Source: Octopus bimaculoides (Eukaryota). Taken from it: 64,000 bases of DNA. The notes below the pieces were generated by a model that saw only the letters and a program-made list of their open reading frames with translations, was not told where the DNA came from and made no database searches. How positions within the stretch are numbered: position 1 is the stretch's first letter; each line of letters starts with the position of its first letter. Made by a program: the position numbers and the translations under genes. The stretch covers positions 44,257,750 to 44,321,749 of the forward strand of contig NC_068987.1 of NCBI RefSeq assembly GCF_001194135.2, read 5' to 3'. Shown piece by piece: positions 34,471-47,699 of the stretch.

Positions 34471-35059
34471 GATAAAGAGTTTGCTATTTTAACTTAATAC
34501 TGCTTTAATTGCGTATATCGAGCTTTTAAACAACATAAGTATATTATTTCAAGACGTTATACATGAGCAGAACACTCTAATTTACAGACTATAAATACAA
34601 ACATACGTATGCTATGCGCACATGTATATCATGCATTAAAGAATAAACGTATGTGAGCGCACAAAGAGAGGGGGATAGGGCGGGAGAGAGAAAGAGGAAA
34701 AGGGGTAGAGAGGGAGTGAGGGAGAGAGAGAGAAAGAGGGAGATGGGAGGAGAGTGATTTGAGAGAATCAGGAAGGCGAGTAAAGAATGTTAAGTTTCAC
34801 TAATCTCTCAGATTTACACGACAAAAAATGAGATTAATACGAATGTAAACTATAAGACGTCGGTTAAAACTGCAATAAATATTCTTTTGTTCGTGGACGG
34901 TGGCGAAATGTTGAAAGATATTGAAATAGATAAAGAGTTTGAAGGAGATAAACAAAACGTCTGCTGCTTAATAACATCTGTGATGAATGATCACGGGAAA
35001 TGGTCGAGGCAGAAAGGAACAACACTAAACACGGCGCTCTGATCTTGTGTTTGCTTACG

Positions 35060-35340
35060 GCACTGCTACTCGTGTGCATATGTGTGTATATGTATATGCG
35101 TGAGTGTATATATATATGTGTGTGTGTGTGTGTGTATGCATGTGTGTATGTATGTAGGTATGTGTGTGTGAATTTATATATGTGTGAATATATGCGTGTA
35201 TATTTGTACATATGCATGCGTGTATATTGTACATATATATATATATGCAAATATATATGTATATATTTATGTATGTATATACAAATATATATATATATAC
35301 AAACACACTCACACACACACATGCTCGTATACACATATAT
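35060..35340. repeat. (TA)/(TG)/(CA) low-complexity tract
   Basis: Read directly from the sequence. Confidence 0.95.
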
Positions 35341-35449
35341 GAGGTACATTCCAGAAGTTTTGAGACTTTTTTAGAAGAGACAGTTATAACTGTCCTAGAT
35401 TATTGTAATTTTAGTATAACATTACTATACATCTAATAATCTGTCCTGT

Positions 35450-38400
35450 CAACTTTTTAAATTCAAGATTAAGGGAGACAGCTGAAGCAGCACTTTGAAC
35501 AGGCCCTACTAAACACTGTTTAATACAGCTGACTAGTTTTCAGACTGATTTTATCTTCCTGACAAACATCAGCTCCGCTGGTGACATACCTACTGGTGTA
35601 TTTGGATTTGGTGTCACACGGTATAGTCTAAAGAATTGTTGTAGAGCTACCTCATCCGTGACTTCCTTATTCGACTTTCTTAGGGCACTCTTGAAGGTAT
35701 CGACAGAGCATTCTGCTTGTCCGTTAGATATGGAATAGTTTGGCGCCATAGTTAGATGTTCTACAGCGAACGTTTTACAGAACTTTTTTAATTCAAAAGA
35801 CACAAACTGTATTCCATTGTCAGACACTATCGCGTCTGGGATGCCAAATCTCGCAAACAGCTCATGTTAAAAATTAGTCACATTTGAAGAGGCTAGTTTT
35901 TTTACACTTAAGATTTTTGGCCATTTAGAGAAACTATCAACTACCACTAAGTAGTACGAATCGTTTAAAGGACCAGCGAAATTGACGTATAGTCTCGACA
36001 ACAGAATATCTACTTTTGGCCAAGGCTCACTTTTTCTCGTCGGTAATTTTGCGGCTAAAGCACATCCTCTACAGCCTTTCACTAAATTTTCAATTTCTCT
36101 ATCCATTTTTGGCCAGTACACGTAGCTACGCATTAAAGCTTTCATCCTCGAAATACCAGGATGCCCAACATGAAATTCCCCTCAACATTTTCTTTCATAA
36201 GGTTTCAGTTATCACTACTCTCTATGCATACATCAGTACGCCATCAGAAATTGAGTATAGGTTCACGTCTTCGTTTCGTTTCGCATCAATCCTGTTCCTA
36301 TTTACTTTTCCTGACCACAGTGTTCTTTTCACTTCCGTTATGAATTTATCCATTACCGCATTTCGCTTTGTCTTCTAGGGTTACTGGTAATTCGCGTACC
36401 ACATTACATTTTTGTGTTTCTTTTTACTTTAAAGCTGCGATTACTGTATCTTCGAATGGCTCGCCGTCTTTCGGTATCAGTCTGGACAAACCATCCGCAT
36501 GCCCTAGTTTTTTTTATGTTAAATATTCCATTTTGTAGTCATAATTCAATAATGTAGTGCCCCATCGTTGTAGGCTATTTGCTGTGTGTGTTGGTATTCC
36601 TTTCTTAGAACCGTATATTGACAGTAGTGGGTGATGATCCGTTTGTAGACAGAAACGTCTTCCATGAATAAATCTATGGATTTCTTTCACACAGAATATT
36701 ATTGCTACCGCTTCCTTTTCTATCTGATTATAGTTCCTTTCAGATGGCAATAATGATCGTGACTCATCGGCTATAGCATTTTTACTCCTATCGTCATATT
36801 TGTGCAGAAGCATGGCTCCTACACCGTAGTCACTCGCATCTGTAACCAATATAATATCCAACTTTGGATCAAAATGTGTTAACAAGTCCGATGTTAAAAG
36901 CTTTTTAACTCGTCAAACGCCTTTTGGCAGTATCAGTCCAACACCATTTTGTATTTTTCTTTAACAGATCATTGATCGGGGCCCTTACATTACGTATTTT
37001 GAGAATGTAAATTTGATAATAATTTACTAAACCTAATAATACTTGTAACAGTCACATTATTCGGCGTGGGCATATTTTTTATCGCAGTTGCTCTGGATGG
37101 ATCCGGTTTCCGTATGTTTTTATCTATTATCTGGCCCAAGTATTTAGTTATTTTCATAAAGAACTCGCATTTTTCTTCTGTTAACTTGAAACCGTATTCT
37201 CTAATCTTCTCGAATACCCTTTTAAAGTGTTCTACATGTTGTTCATGTGATTCACTTTTCATTAGAATATCGTCTAAATAGGCGATAGTAAAATCACAGT
37301 CACCCAGCACTGTATCCATTATTGGCTGAAATATGGAAGGGGCCACTTTTAAACCAAAGGGAAGTCGCTTAAATTTAAATAAGCCACGATGTGTATTAAT
37401 TGTTAATAAATGTGAGCATTCTTCTTCTACTTGGATTTGTAGATATGCCTCCAAGAGGTCTAATTTTGAAAAGAATTTCCCTCCATTCAATTTTGCAAAC
37501 ACTTCCTCAGGACTTGGCAATGGGTAGCTATGTGAGATTAAGCAATCATTCAAACTTGTTAAAAAATTTGCACAAACGCTTAACTTGTTATTTTTCTTTT
37601 TTACATAGACGGTAGATGCTTCCCAGTCTGAGTGGTCCGACTTCTTGATTATTCCTAGGTTTTCAAGTCTTTCAAGTTCCTTGTTGACCTGGTCTATTGC
37701 CGCGAACGGTACGTTCCATTTTGGCTTAAATACAGGCGTTGCACTTTGCTTTACTGCAATTTTTGACTTTACTTTCATACAACAGCCCAGTTCCTCCGAG
37801 AAAACAACTGGAAATAAATGTTTTATTTTCTGTTTCAGTCCCTCAGCCTCATTCGAACCTTCGACCTAAGCGGCTATATTCCCACACAAAATACTTATGG
37901 ACGTATTGCACAATTTGAATAGTTCCACCCACTCTGTGCCGAATAGATTAACTGAATTTTTAGCACATATTTTTGCCGTTTTCATTTGCTCACGAACTTT
38001 ACATTACACACAAATTCACCGACAAAATACAATCTTTTACCTGTAACACGATGTGCTACTTTTGTAGATTTATTTAATTTCGGTTTCCCGATAAACTTCC
38101 AAGTTTTTCCGTTCACAGCGGTAATATCACTTCCAGTGTCTAACTGCATTTTTACTCTTATATTTTAATTTTCACATTTACGAATTTTCTCTTCGTTATA
38201 TTACCATTCGACGACATACTGTTTATTATTTTTTCGTTGTTCCAACGTTTTGTCATCTTGGTTTTACAGTGCGTTTTTATGTATCCAATTTTTCCACAAC
38301 GGAAACATTCCGCTTTCTTAAATGGACAGTTTTTCCTAGGTATAGACCTCCACATGCAAAACATGGGTTTTTTCCTGATTTTTGTTAAGTTTGCACTGTA

Positions 38401-39280
38401 TTTTAGTGCATACTTGATTTTATTCTGCGTATTTCGCACTTGTTTCACTTGGGAGCAATCTTTATGCTCAATTTTCTCTGCGTGGAGTCTTAAATTTACT
38501 ATTCTTTCACACTCTTCTGACACTCGTTGTAAGATTCAGCTTGGTTTTGTTCCAACATAGCGAGAATTCTTGTTCTTATTTCTGCGTCTTTCTCTGCGGT
38601 TAGTCTCTGAGTAAATATCTAGCACTTGAACATGTCTGGCGTTAATTCGTCCAGCTTGAACTTTTCACATTCCCCGTTAACTTAATCAGTATATGTGATA
38701 TAGTCCTCCTCGTTGTTCTTTTCTAGGTTCAAAATTACCAACGTGTATTGAACAACGAGCTTTTCTCACTAAAAAATTTACGCAATATATCTTTAAGTTT
38801 TATATCAGAAGGTTTTTTTTTTTTTTTCGGGAATACGTAATTGCTGAATCACTCATGTTCTCCTACTGCCAATTTTCGTAAGATTAAACGCGTTTTCACA
38901 TCGTTGTCCCTGTCTTTGTACTCTTTATTGAAGATTAGTTCATATCTTCTATAGTAAGCCCCGAAGCTAACTCCTTCGTCTGGTTTGTACTTAAACTCTG
39001 CTATCGAGTTCGCAACATAATCTGGCGAAAACATGTTTCAGCATTTCCTGACGACTTACTATTCATTAATTACAGCATTTGTTCTAATAGTAATTGTTGT
39101 TGTTGTTGTTGTTGATGTTTCTTTTGCTGTTGTTCTTGCAGTTGTAGCTGCTGTTTTTGCAACTTGAGGAAACCGGCCAACAAATTTTCCACAATTTTAC
39201 GACTTTTGTTCCGTAAAATTCGCACAAATACTTTTGTGAATTTGTTAATTCCTCGTGAGTTTGTTAATTCCTCGTCACCA
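35450..39280 (-). mobile_element. Ty3/Gypsy (Mag-like) LTR retrotransposon gag-pol, colinear but frameshifted; 3' LTR not seen
   Basis: Gag FKYKPDEGVSFGAYYRRY and zinc knuckle CFRCGKIGYIKTHC. Protease LDTGSD. RT AYLQI..GLFKFKRLPFG..AYLDDILM. RNaseH TDASDYGVGA..FCLQTDHHPL. Integrase YVYWP..CRGC..DSFSKW..SDNGIQF..SNGQAE. Confidence 0.96.
39268..39280 (-). promoter_or_regulatory. Primer-binding site, complementary to the tRNA-Ser(GCU) 3' end
   Basis: Minus strand TGGTGACGAGGAA directly after the LTR end ...ATTACAACAG. Metazoan tRNA-Ser(GCU) ends ...CCTCGTCGCCA. Confidence 0.75.
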
Positions 39281-39281
39281 C

Positions 39282-39487
39282 TGTTGTAATCCTTAATGTC
39301 GTATTGTTATAACTCCCACTCTGGTATAGCTGTATAGTTAGTAAGACCAGTAAAGACAAGACTATCTATGACCGTCTCCTTCGTACACTCTCTTTATACT
39401 GACCGACGTCGCCTTATTTATAGCGACTAGCATATAATACTCATCACATGGGAGGGGTATACCATTATGACTATTATTCCCACAATA
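39282..39487 (-). repeat. 5' LTR of the Mag-like element
   Basis: Ends ...ATTACAACA before the PBS. The start tattgtgggaataa..tggtatacccctcccatgtga resembles the 44240 LTR start. The far boundary is tentative. Confidence 0.65.
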
Positions 39488-40214
39488 ATTAGTATGAAAA
39501 TTTTTGCAAGATTTGAAAGAAGAGAAAATAGAAGGGAAATAATAAAAAATAGAATGAAAATAAGAGAATAGTGAGGAAAAGGAGGAAGGGAATGTCGGAC
39601 ATATATTACAAAGCAGATTTCTAAGCATCCGACTGTAGGAGCATTGTCTTTGCGGTGTTGCAAGCGTTATAGAAAACTGCTTTGGGAAATATTTATTTAT
39701 TAATACTTATTAGCAGTACCCATGGGAATTCCACGGTGATTTTGAAAATTGTGAAGTGGAATTGTATATTTTTCTGAAGTATTTGATTCTTGAGATGGTA
39801 TAAATGTCCCCATAGGTAGTACTGAAGGTACACAATCTGAAGAAATATCTCTAAAAGCTTATGTTCTTATATATTCTACTGAATTGGTATCTATTTTTCA
39901 CTCTATGTTAAGTAACCAGCGTTGACTGGTATTGCGTTTTCCATTCACGCGTTCCCTTCAGTGAACACTTTTCTTTTATTCATTCTCTCCCTCTCTATTT
40001 ATCTAGTATCTATCTATCTATTTATCTATTTATCTGTCTTTTTCTACCTCTTCAACTCTTTAACGACATGGCATAATAGCAATCTCTTTCTCCGAGCTCT
40101 CACCGCTAACACTCTTCTTTCTGTTTCTCTCATAGTCTCTCCCTTCAACTAACCACGTGACAGCCTCACATTTGATCTTAACGCAGTAGTATACAGATTA
40201 AAGCCAGAGTAGCA

Positions 40215-40410
40215 TATTGGCAGAATCATTAGAGCATCGGGGGAAAATACTTTACTTTGCATTCTGAGTTCAAATCCCGTCAACTTTACCTTTCATCCTT
40301 TTAGGATCGATAAGATAAAGTACCAGTTAAATATTGGATGAGTCGATGTAATCAACTAGCCGTGTGCTGCTAAAATTGCTGAGCCTGTGCCAAAATCTGA
40401 AATCGTTGTT
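40215..40410 (+). mobile_element. Diverged SINE (911 family)
   Basis: tggcagaatcattag, ctgagttcaaatc, aactttacctttcatcc, gtcgatgtaatc, tgtgccaaaatctgaaatc. Confidence 0.8.
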
Positions 40411-41659
40411 GTTGTTTGGAAGGTGGATATTTTACCTAGATAAAGGATTTTCGTTTGCGGAAGAAACTTAGATTAATGGTGTTAACCTGCGAGTTTCATT
40501 AGTGAAATAACTTTTATCGTGGCTTCATGAGATAGTTATAATGTAAAGTAGAAACGTGAGACCCTGTCTGTAAACAAGAACCTGAAACATAAAAAAAGAT
40601 TAAGAGAATTTGTGGAGAGTATGGTATTAAAAAGCAAATGGTTTCATTCACACACAAGTTCAAGAACAAACTCGCTTCATTTTCTTTGAAATATAATGCT
40701 GGTGAAAATTCTAAATCATCTGTCGGTACAAAAAGCAATGAAATTTGTAAAAGATGCCAATCTTAATGAGGCAATGATGAAAGTGGTTTATTCACCGACG
40801 ATTCTGTAGCAACAACGGCCGTTCTGTAGAAATTCAAAGTTTCAAAGTGCTGCTTCCAAGCTAATTAGGCAAATGAGCATCAAGAATTTGGAAGTTAGTA
40901 GTTAGAGTTATGGCAATTTAGAAATCACCATAGAAGGGTTTATAAAAGTGCTAATAGTGAAACAGGCAGCGAAACAGCTGCGAAATCTAACCATTTTAAA
41001 TGAGGTTAATTAAGAGTGAAAAGATCTTAATTTTCCAAAGGTATTATGGAAACGAAACTGGGCTGTGCTGTCATTGACTCCACAAAAACACTCAAGCTGT
41101 TTATTATAATGACACCTCCACACCTGCTTGTAAATTAAGGAACGCTTTTCAGCTGATGGTGTGCGCCGTTTAAAGTTAACGGTAGTTACGAGGTAAACAC
41201 ATCCACGAGTTTTGAAGGACAATACAGTTACTCTCAGTATATTATTAAACACTCAAAGCCACCAGTATTCGACATGCATGTCCTTAATGACTTCTTTGCT
41301 GCAACGTGTAAATACCAGGAAGGTGTTCTCAAACTTTATGTTCGTGAGCTGAAGATGCTACTAATTTTGGTCGGCTGGCAACCAGCTGTTCGCCCAGATA
41401 ATTACCAACTTCACTGTAATGACGATTATTAAATAAGGTGCATGATCTGTTTGTCCAGTATTACCTCCACAATTCAACCAATTCATTAAGATATAATTGT
41501 GACCTGCACGATATTATACCAACGAAAATATTTGGAAGAAATTCTCGTGGTGATCGAAGAGAACGATTTTATAGAAGACACACGACCCGTAATATTCATT
41601 TCAGCAGCTTCGTATAAGGCACTAAAGATTACTATTATAACTTACTTAAGTCTATCATG

Positions 41660-41915
41660 AACTCGGGGGCCTATAAAACCGTAGCTCAATCCAGTTTTTA
41701 TGGCCTAAAAGTGGCTGAAACTACAGTACTACCTCCTGGACAGAACGCCGATCAACTGCAGAGTTATCTTCCCAGCTATTGCTGGAACTCACATCTGAGG
41801 GCACTAGAGCAAGGTGAAATGAAGTGTTTTGCTCAAGACCACTACACTTCATCTAGTCTCATCGAAACCACTATCTTACGATCGTGACTGCAACACCCTA
41901 ACCACTAGGCCACAC
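41660..41915 (-). mobile_element. tRNA-derived SINE, diverged
   Basis: Minus-strand head gtgtggcctagtggttagggtgttgcagtcacgatcg..ggtttcgatg, with an A box and a degenerate B box. Confidence 0.7.
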
Positions 41916-42293
41916 ACTATTCAAATTAATGCTTAGAAAATATTATACGTGGATAGAATACAATGATGTTGGTGTTTGATTTTAGACATCTGATGTACAC
42001 TACAGCTGCTGCTAGCAGATGACTAATATAGAGGATGCAGTAGAGATATGCATAGATAGGTTTCTTTATTAGCCACACAGGGCTCAACACAGAGGGGACA
42101 AAATACAAATGTAGAGTTTTTCTTTTCGAGGGGGTCGAAAACAAAGCAGAAAAAAAACAAAAGTGGGGACAACGATGAAAAAAAAACATCGCAAAACGTT
42201 TGGGGTATTTACAAAAAATACGAAATAATACAAAAAATTCCCAATAAATGGGGAGGTTATCCGTGGAAAGAAAAACCTACGAAAAGAGATATG

Positions 42294-42294
42294 C

Positions 42295-42339
<45 letters not shown>

Positions 42340-42631
42340 CTGACAAGCAGACAGATAGATAATTAGATAAACACACATATATACATGCATACTCGTATAT
42401 GTGTATGTGTGTGTATGCACATGTATTCATGCAAGCATACATATGCACATGCGTTCTTATATACATGCATGTGTACATAAATATATCACGCATAGATTTA
42501 TACATTCATCATACACACATAATTTTGTTGTATACAAACTAAACGATCTTTGAAGTATTTTAAAGTCTTGCTTTTATGAACACATACACACATACATACA
42601 CATATGTGTGTGTCTATTTGTGTGTGTGCGT

Positions 42632-42664
<33 letters not shown>

Positions 42665-43100
42665 TGTGTGTGTGAGTGTGCTCGCACGCGCGTGTATGTG
42701 CGCGTGTGTGTGCTCGCACGCGCGTGTGTGTGCGCGTGTGTGTGTTTGTCTGCGTACACATATATTTACAAATAGTTATGGGATGCCAGCGCGTGTGTGT
42801 GTTTGAGTATTATGGAAGGAATAATTGCATTTGTATCCAAACGAAAACTTGCAGACGATAGAGAATAGTGAATGTGGTTGTTTAATAGTGTATACCCAAG
42901 GAGACAAGTGTAATAGGTTAGTTTGTTAGGAAAGGAGGAAACAAAAAAAGAAGGAAGGAAGGAAGGAAGGAAGGAAGGAAAAAGAAAAAAGAAAGAAAGA
43001 GAAAGAAAGTAAGATAATGACTCATATACACGCACACGCACAAACACACACACACAAACACTCACAAACGAGCGCGCGCACACATTACGCGCGCGTGCGT
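42294..43100. repeat. Microsatellite cluster (GATA)n, (CA)n, (GA)n, (GCGT)n, (GGAA)n
   Basis: Read directly from the sequence. Confidence 0.95.
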
Positions 43101-43200
43101 ACCTGGTGGCCGAGTGCTTAAGACAAGGTACTTCTAAGTCATTACACTTGCCACATAAGTTCGAATCTTATCCATGTCGGTGATATTCTATAAGCGCATA

Positions 43201-43339
43201 CGTGGCTGTGCACTTAAGAAACTTGCTTCCCAGCCATGTGGTCTAGGATTCAGTCTCACAAGTGTTTTCTATTATAGCTCCTGACCGACCAAAGCCTTGT
43301 GAGTGGATTTGATAGACGGAAACGAAAAGCCCATTGTAT

Positions 43340-43395
<56 letters not shown>

Positions 43396-43622
43396 ATGTA
43401 TAAAGTGTATATCTACGTGTCTGTGTCTTTGTGGTATGTTCGTTTCCCACCTCCGCTTAATAACCAGTAATGGTTTGTTTATGTATCCGTAACTAGCGGT
43501 TCGGAAAAGGAATCCGACAGAATAAGTACCTGGCTTAAAAAATAAGCACTGGAGGCGATTTGTTCGACTAAACTCTTTAAGGGAGGTCCCAGCATGGCTG
43601 CAATCGAATTGCTGAAACAAAC
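43201..43622 (+). mobile_element. SINE (43201-43340), (TA)n, and a second SINE 3' part (43440-43622)
   Basis: gtggctgtgc..aagaaacttgcttccc..gaccaaagccttgtgagtggattt, then gtaactagcggttcgg..gaataagtacc..cccagcatggctgca. Confidence 0.8.
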
Positions 43623-43809
43623 GATATACGAGGAGTTGCAACGGCTGCGGCAGCGGAAGAGCGCGCGACGGCCGGAGGCGCTGGCGGACGCGGGAGAGGG
43701 AGGAAGGAAGACGAGAGAGATATTGAGGTTCGTGGAGTCGCAAAGCGTGCAGCACCGTCGGCCTAGCGCACTGTATGCCGACACACTCATGGAATGTGAC
43801 CAAATGAGG

Positions 43810-44239
43810 CTTATTTTTTTAACATAGTCCCCTTTGCAATCCACACACTTCTTTCATTTGTGATGCAGTGCTTGGATGCCATTGAAGAAGTTTTTATCCT
43901 GCTGGTCAAAAAAAGTCATCAACCGCAGATATGACGTCATCATCACTGCCATACTGATTCTCGGCCAAGTGTCTTTTCATGTTGGGGAACACATGATAGT
44001 CAGATAGAGTCAAATCAGGAGAATAGGGAGGGTGATCAAAGCTACAGTCACTCACAGCTGTTATTGAAACCAAGAACCTGTGTGCTGGAGTATTGCTTTG
44101 CTAAAACAAATGCCTTTTCGTCAGTTTCCCTCGGCGTTTGGTCTTGATAGTCTTTTGTAACCACCTCAGCAAGTTGGCATAATATTCTCCATTGATGGTG
44201 TAGCCCTTGTGAAGATAGTCAATAAACACAATACCTTTT
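43810..44239 (-). mobile_element. Mariner transposase, C-terminal part (split by the LTR element)
   Basis: Reads KGIVFIDYLHKGYTINGEYYANLLR, FPNMKRHL..SDDDVISAVDDFF, KKCVDCKGDYVKK. Confidence 0.9.
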
Positions 44240-46944
44240 TGTTGTAGTGAAAATAGTACTCCCCTTCCCACGTGAAGTGTTATAAAGCAGCCACTATTTA
44301 CCATATGCCCACAAATACGTCAGTCAGTTGTTGTACAAAGTCAGTAGTAGTAAAGTTCTCGGTTGGGGTCAGTGTCAATTACTTGACATATACGAGTTCG
44401 AGTTACCGTCAAGGTTGACGTTCCAAAGTCATTGTCTTGCGGATCTGTCAGTGATAGCACGATAGGCGAGTCAATGATAATAAGATGCGGAATACCGTCA
44501 CAACATAATAGTGGCGACAAGAATATTACAGTGCCGACAATAACATACAAGTGGACGAGGATCTCACATTATACCAGTGGCGACGAAGATATAAAAAATT
44601 CACGCGGACAACGTTGAAAAAATATTGTTTTCACGAGAAAATAAACAATTCACGCGGACGACGTTGAAAACTTTTTCACATGAAGAAATTAAAAAGTCGA
44701 CAGAGGAGTAACAAATATTGTTGTTGTACATATTGTACGAAAATTCCGTAAAATTATGGAAAACTTGTTAAAAGGTCTAATTGACTTGCAAAAACAGCAA
44801 CAACAACTCAAAGAATAACAAGAACAAAAAAAATTACAGCAACAACTGCTACAACTAATGAAGCTGGTAACAAAACCGGAAAATACGTTTTCACCAGTCC
44901 ATGTAGTAAAATTCAATAAATGAATTTAAATACGACCCGAAAGAAGGAATCACTTTCGGGGCTTATTACCGTAGATTTGAACAAATTTTCGAAAAAGAAT
45001 ACCAAGACCGGACGGATGAAATGAAAACCCATCTAATGCTGAGGAAACTGGCGACTTTATATTGCCTAAAAAAGTTTGACATAAATTTCACGGACACAAT
45101 TGACATTTTATGTAAGATATTAAGTGAAAAACATTGTTGTTCAACAAACGTTGGAAGTGTTTGAACACTGAAAAAAGCGATGACGAAGACTTTATCACAT
45201 ATGCGGGTACAGTGAACAGAGAGTGCGAGAGATTTAAACTGTATAAACTAATTCCAGACCCCTTCAAGTGCCTGATTTTTGCCCAGGGACTTACTGCTAA
45301 AAAGGACGCAGAAGTCAGAACAAAAATTCTCGCAAAGTAGGAAATGAACCAGGATATAACTCTCCAGAAACTGTCAGAAGAGCGCGATATGGTATTAAAA
45401 GTAAGGCACAACACAGAAGAAATCCAACGCAGAGATTATTTACAGATAAAACCAGTGTGGAAGAGTCGGAAAATAGATAAAATGTTTCACAAAAAATACG
45501 ATATACAACAGGAGATAAACCCATGTATGGCATGCGGTGGTAGGCACCTGAGAAAATAGTGTCCGTTCAAGAGAGCAAAGTGTTTTCATTGTGGGAACAC
45601 GGGACACATTAAATCGCACTGCAGAACTAAGACGACGAAAAACTGGACCAAACGAGAAAAAATAGTTTGTCATCAGAGAAAAAAGTTTGTACAGCGTACA
45701 GAAAATTCATCAAGGTGAGAATCGAAACCACTAGTGTCAAAATGAAGAAACATGGCGACAAATCTGTAAGCCGAAATTATTTAAATCAAATAAAGTAGCA
45801 TATGGTGTTACAGGAAAGAAATTATAATGTATTTACAACGTAACTTTTCGAGGTGAAACGAAAAGGACAATCATTTATGTGTTTAAAAAAAATCACTAAA
45901 CATATTTGACACAGAATGCATGGAGTTATTTAAAATATGGGATACCTCCATTAATGTTCTCTGTGAAAATGTAGTCGGCACGGGTAAAAGTTCAAATAAA
46001 GTCGAACAACTGAGACAAAAAATTTTTTAATTGTTTCCAAATGTTTTTTTGTTTTTTTTTTTTTGAAAGGATTAAGCTGTTGCACTAAAACAAAAGCGAG
46101 GATCGCGGAAAAAGAAAAGGCAACACCTATTTTTAGGCCCAAATGGAACGTACCGTTTGTGGCGTTGGACCAGGTCAATAAAGCGCTAAAAGATATAGAT
46201 ATAATTAGAAAAGTCGACCATTCAGATTGGGCAGCTCCGGCAGTTTATATAAAGAAAAATTATTAAGCTGAAAAAAAAACGCTAAAGAAGAAGGAGGGAT
46301 GAATAAAGGAAAATAAAATTACTTGTTTCCCAAAGAAAATAAACAGTAAATAAAAGGAGAGATGTAGTGAAAATAGTACTCCCATTCCCAGGTGACGCTA
46401 ACGATTCTGACATTTTGCCGCCATGGCACAAAGTGAATGAATGCCCAAACAGAATACGAAGGAGGACAGGATGATGTTGCTAGAATGATTCATTGGGAGA
46501 TGTGTGGCAAGTATGGATTGAATATAGCAAAATCTTGGTATGAGCCAGCCTCAGAGAGAGTAGTTCAGAAAGATCATCTTGGATCATAATTGTTGTAGTG
46601 AAAATGGTACTCCCCTTCCCACGTGACAAAGTGGTATGAAACAGTCACTATAAAGTCAGACAGTCAGTCGTTGTAGAAAGTCAGTCGTTGTAGAAAGTCA
46701 GTAGTAGTAGAGTCGTTGCATGAGTTCTTAATTGGAGTCAATGTCAGTTACGTGATATATACGAGTTAGAGTTACCGTCAAGGTAGACGTCCCAAAGTCA
46801 TTGTTTTGTGAAGCTATCAGCGATAGCACGATAGACTAGTCAAAGATAATAAGACGCGGAATACCACCTCAACATAATAGTGACGGCAAGAATATTACAG
46901 TACCGACAATAGCATACAAGTGGACGAGGATCCACATTACAACA
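44240..46944 (+). mobile_element. Internally deleted Mag-like Ty3/Gypsy element with both LTRs (44240-44576 and 46591-46944)
   Basis: LTRs start TGTTGTAGTG, and the 3' LTR ends TACAACA. PBS TGGCGACGAAGAT at 44578. Gag FKYDPKEGITFGAYYRRF and CFHCGNTGHIKSHC, pol remnant PIFRPKWNVPF. TSD-like ctttt/gtttt. The mariner reading resumes on both sides. Confidence 0.93.
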
Positions 46945-47690
46945 GTTTTGCATCGCAAAAAACTGAGGCCATCACTTTCCCTGCAGATGAAATGAGCCTG
47001 GCCCTCTTTGGAGCAGGTTAGAAGGGGTGTTTCTACTACATGGATTACCTCTTTCTCTCTAGCTCAAAGTGATCAATCCAACATTCATCTTGTCTTAGGA
47101 AACGTTCAAAGAAACCAGCTGGATTTGCCTGAAATAGTGACAGATTCTCCTGTCATGTGATCAGGCTGGTGCGTTTTTGATCAGGTATCAGAATATGTGG
47201 AACCCACTGAACAGAAACCTTTGTCATGCAAACTTCGTCGTATAGAATATTCTCAGCTTTTTCACAGGATATGCCAATAGCATTGGCTATTTGATTTATA
47301 GTCAAACACCTGTCATCCATCACCATGTGATGAACATGATTAATGTTTCCCTCGGTGGTGGAAAGTTACAGGACGTCCAGACCGCTTCAAGACCCTCCCT
47401 TCCCCTCCTGAATTCAGCCGCTCACTTTTGCTCTGTTGATAAAGTTGGAGCGTCATCCTTTAATGTAGCAACCATGTCAGTATGAATGTCCTTGGGGACT
47501 AAACCCTTTTTCCCGTAGGTACTCGAGAATACTACGATGCCAAATTTTGTCGCTTTTCAAAAGAAGTCACTACTAGTTACTTTTGAAGTCTTCTTCTTTG
47601 AACAGTCAGTTTACCTCGAACGAAACAATGCAGAAGGGTTTAAATTAATGCATGCAAGATTTCACAGCTCTGGCATCAGTCCTTTTTTTT
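46945..47690 (-). mobile_element. Mariner transposase, N-terminal part and 5' end
   Basis: Reads HMVMDDRCLTINQIANAIGIS..VQWVPHILIPDQK..QDECWIDHFE..PAPKRARLISSAGKVMASVFCDAK. Confidence 0.9.
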
Positions 47691-47699
47691 TTTTTTTGA

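Noticed and set aside
40420-41640. Unassigned moderately complex sequence (also 12560-13300 and 26700-27150)
   Set aside because: I recognised no motif, repeat structure or sustained ORF.
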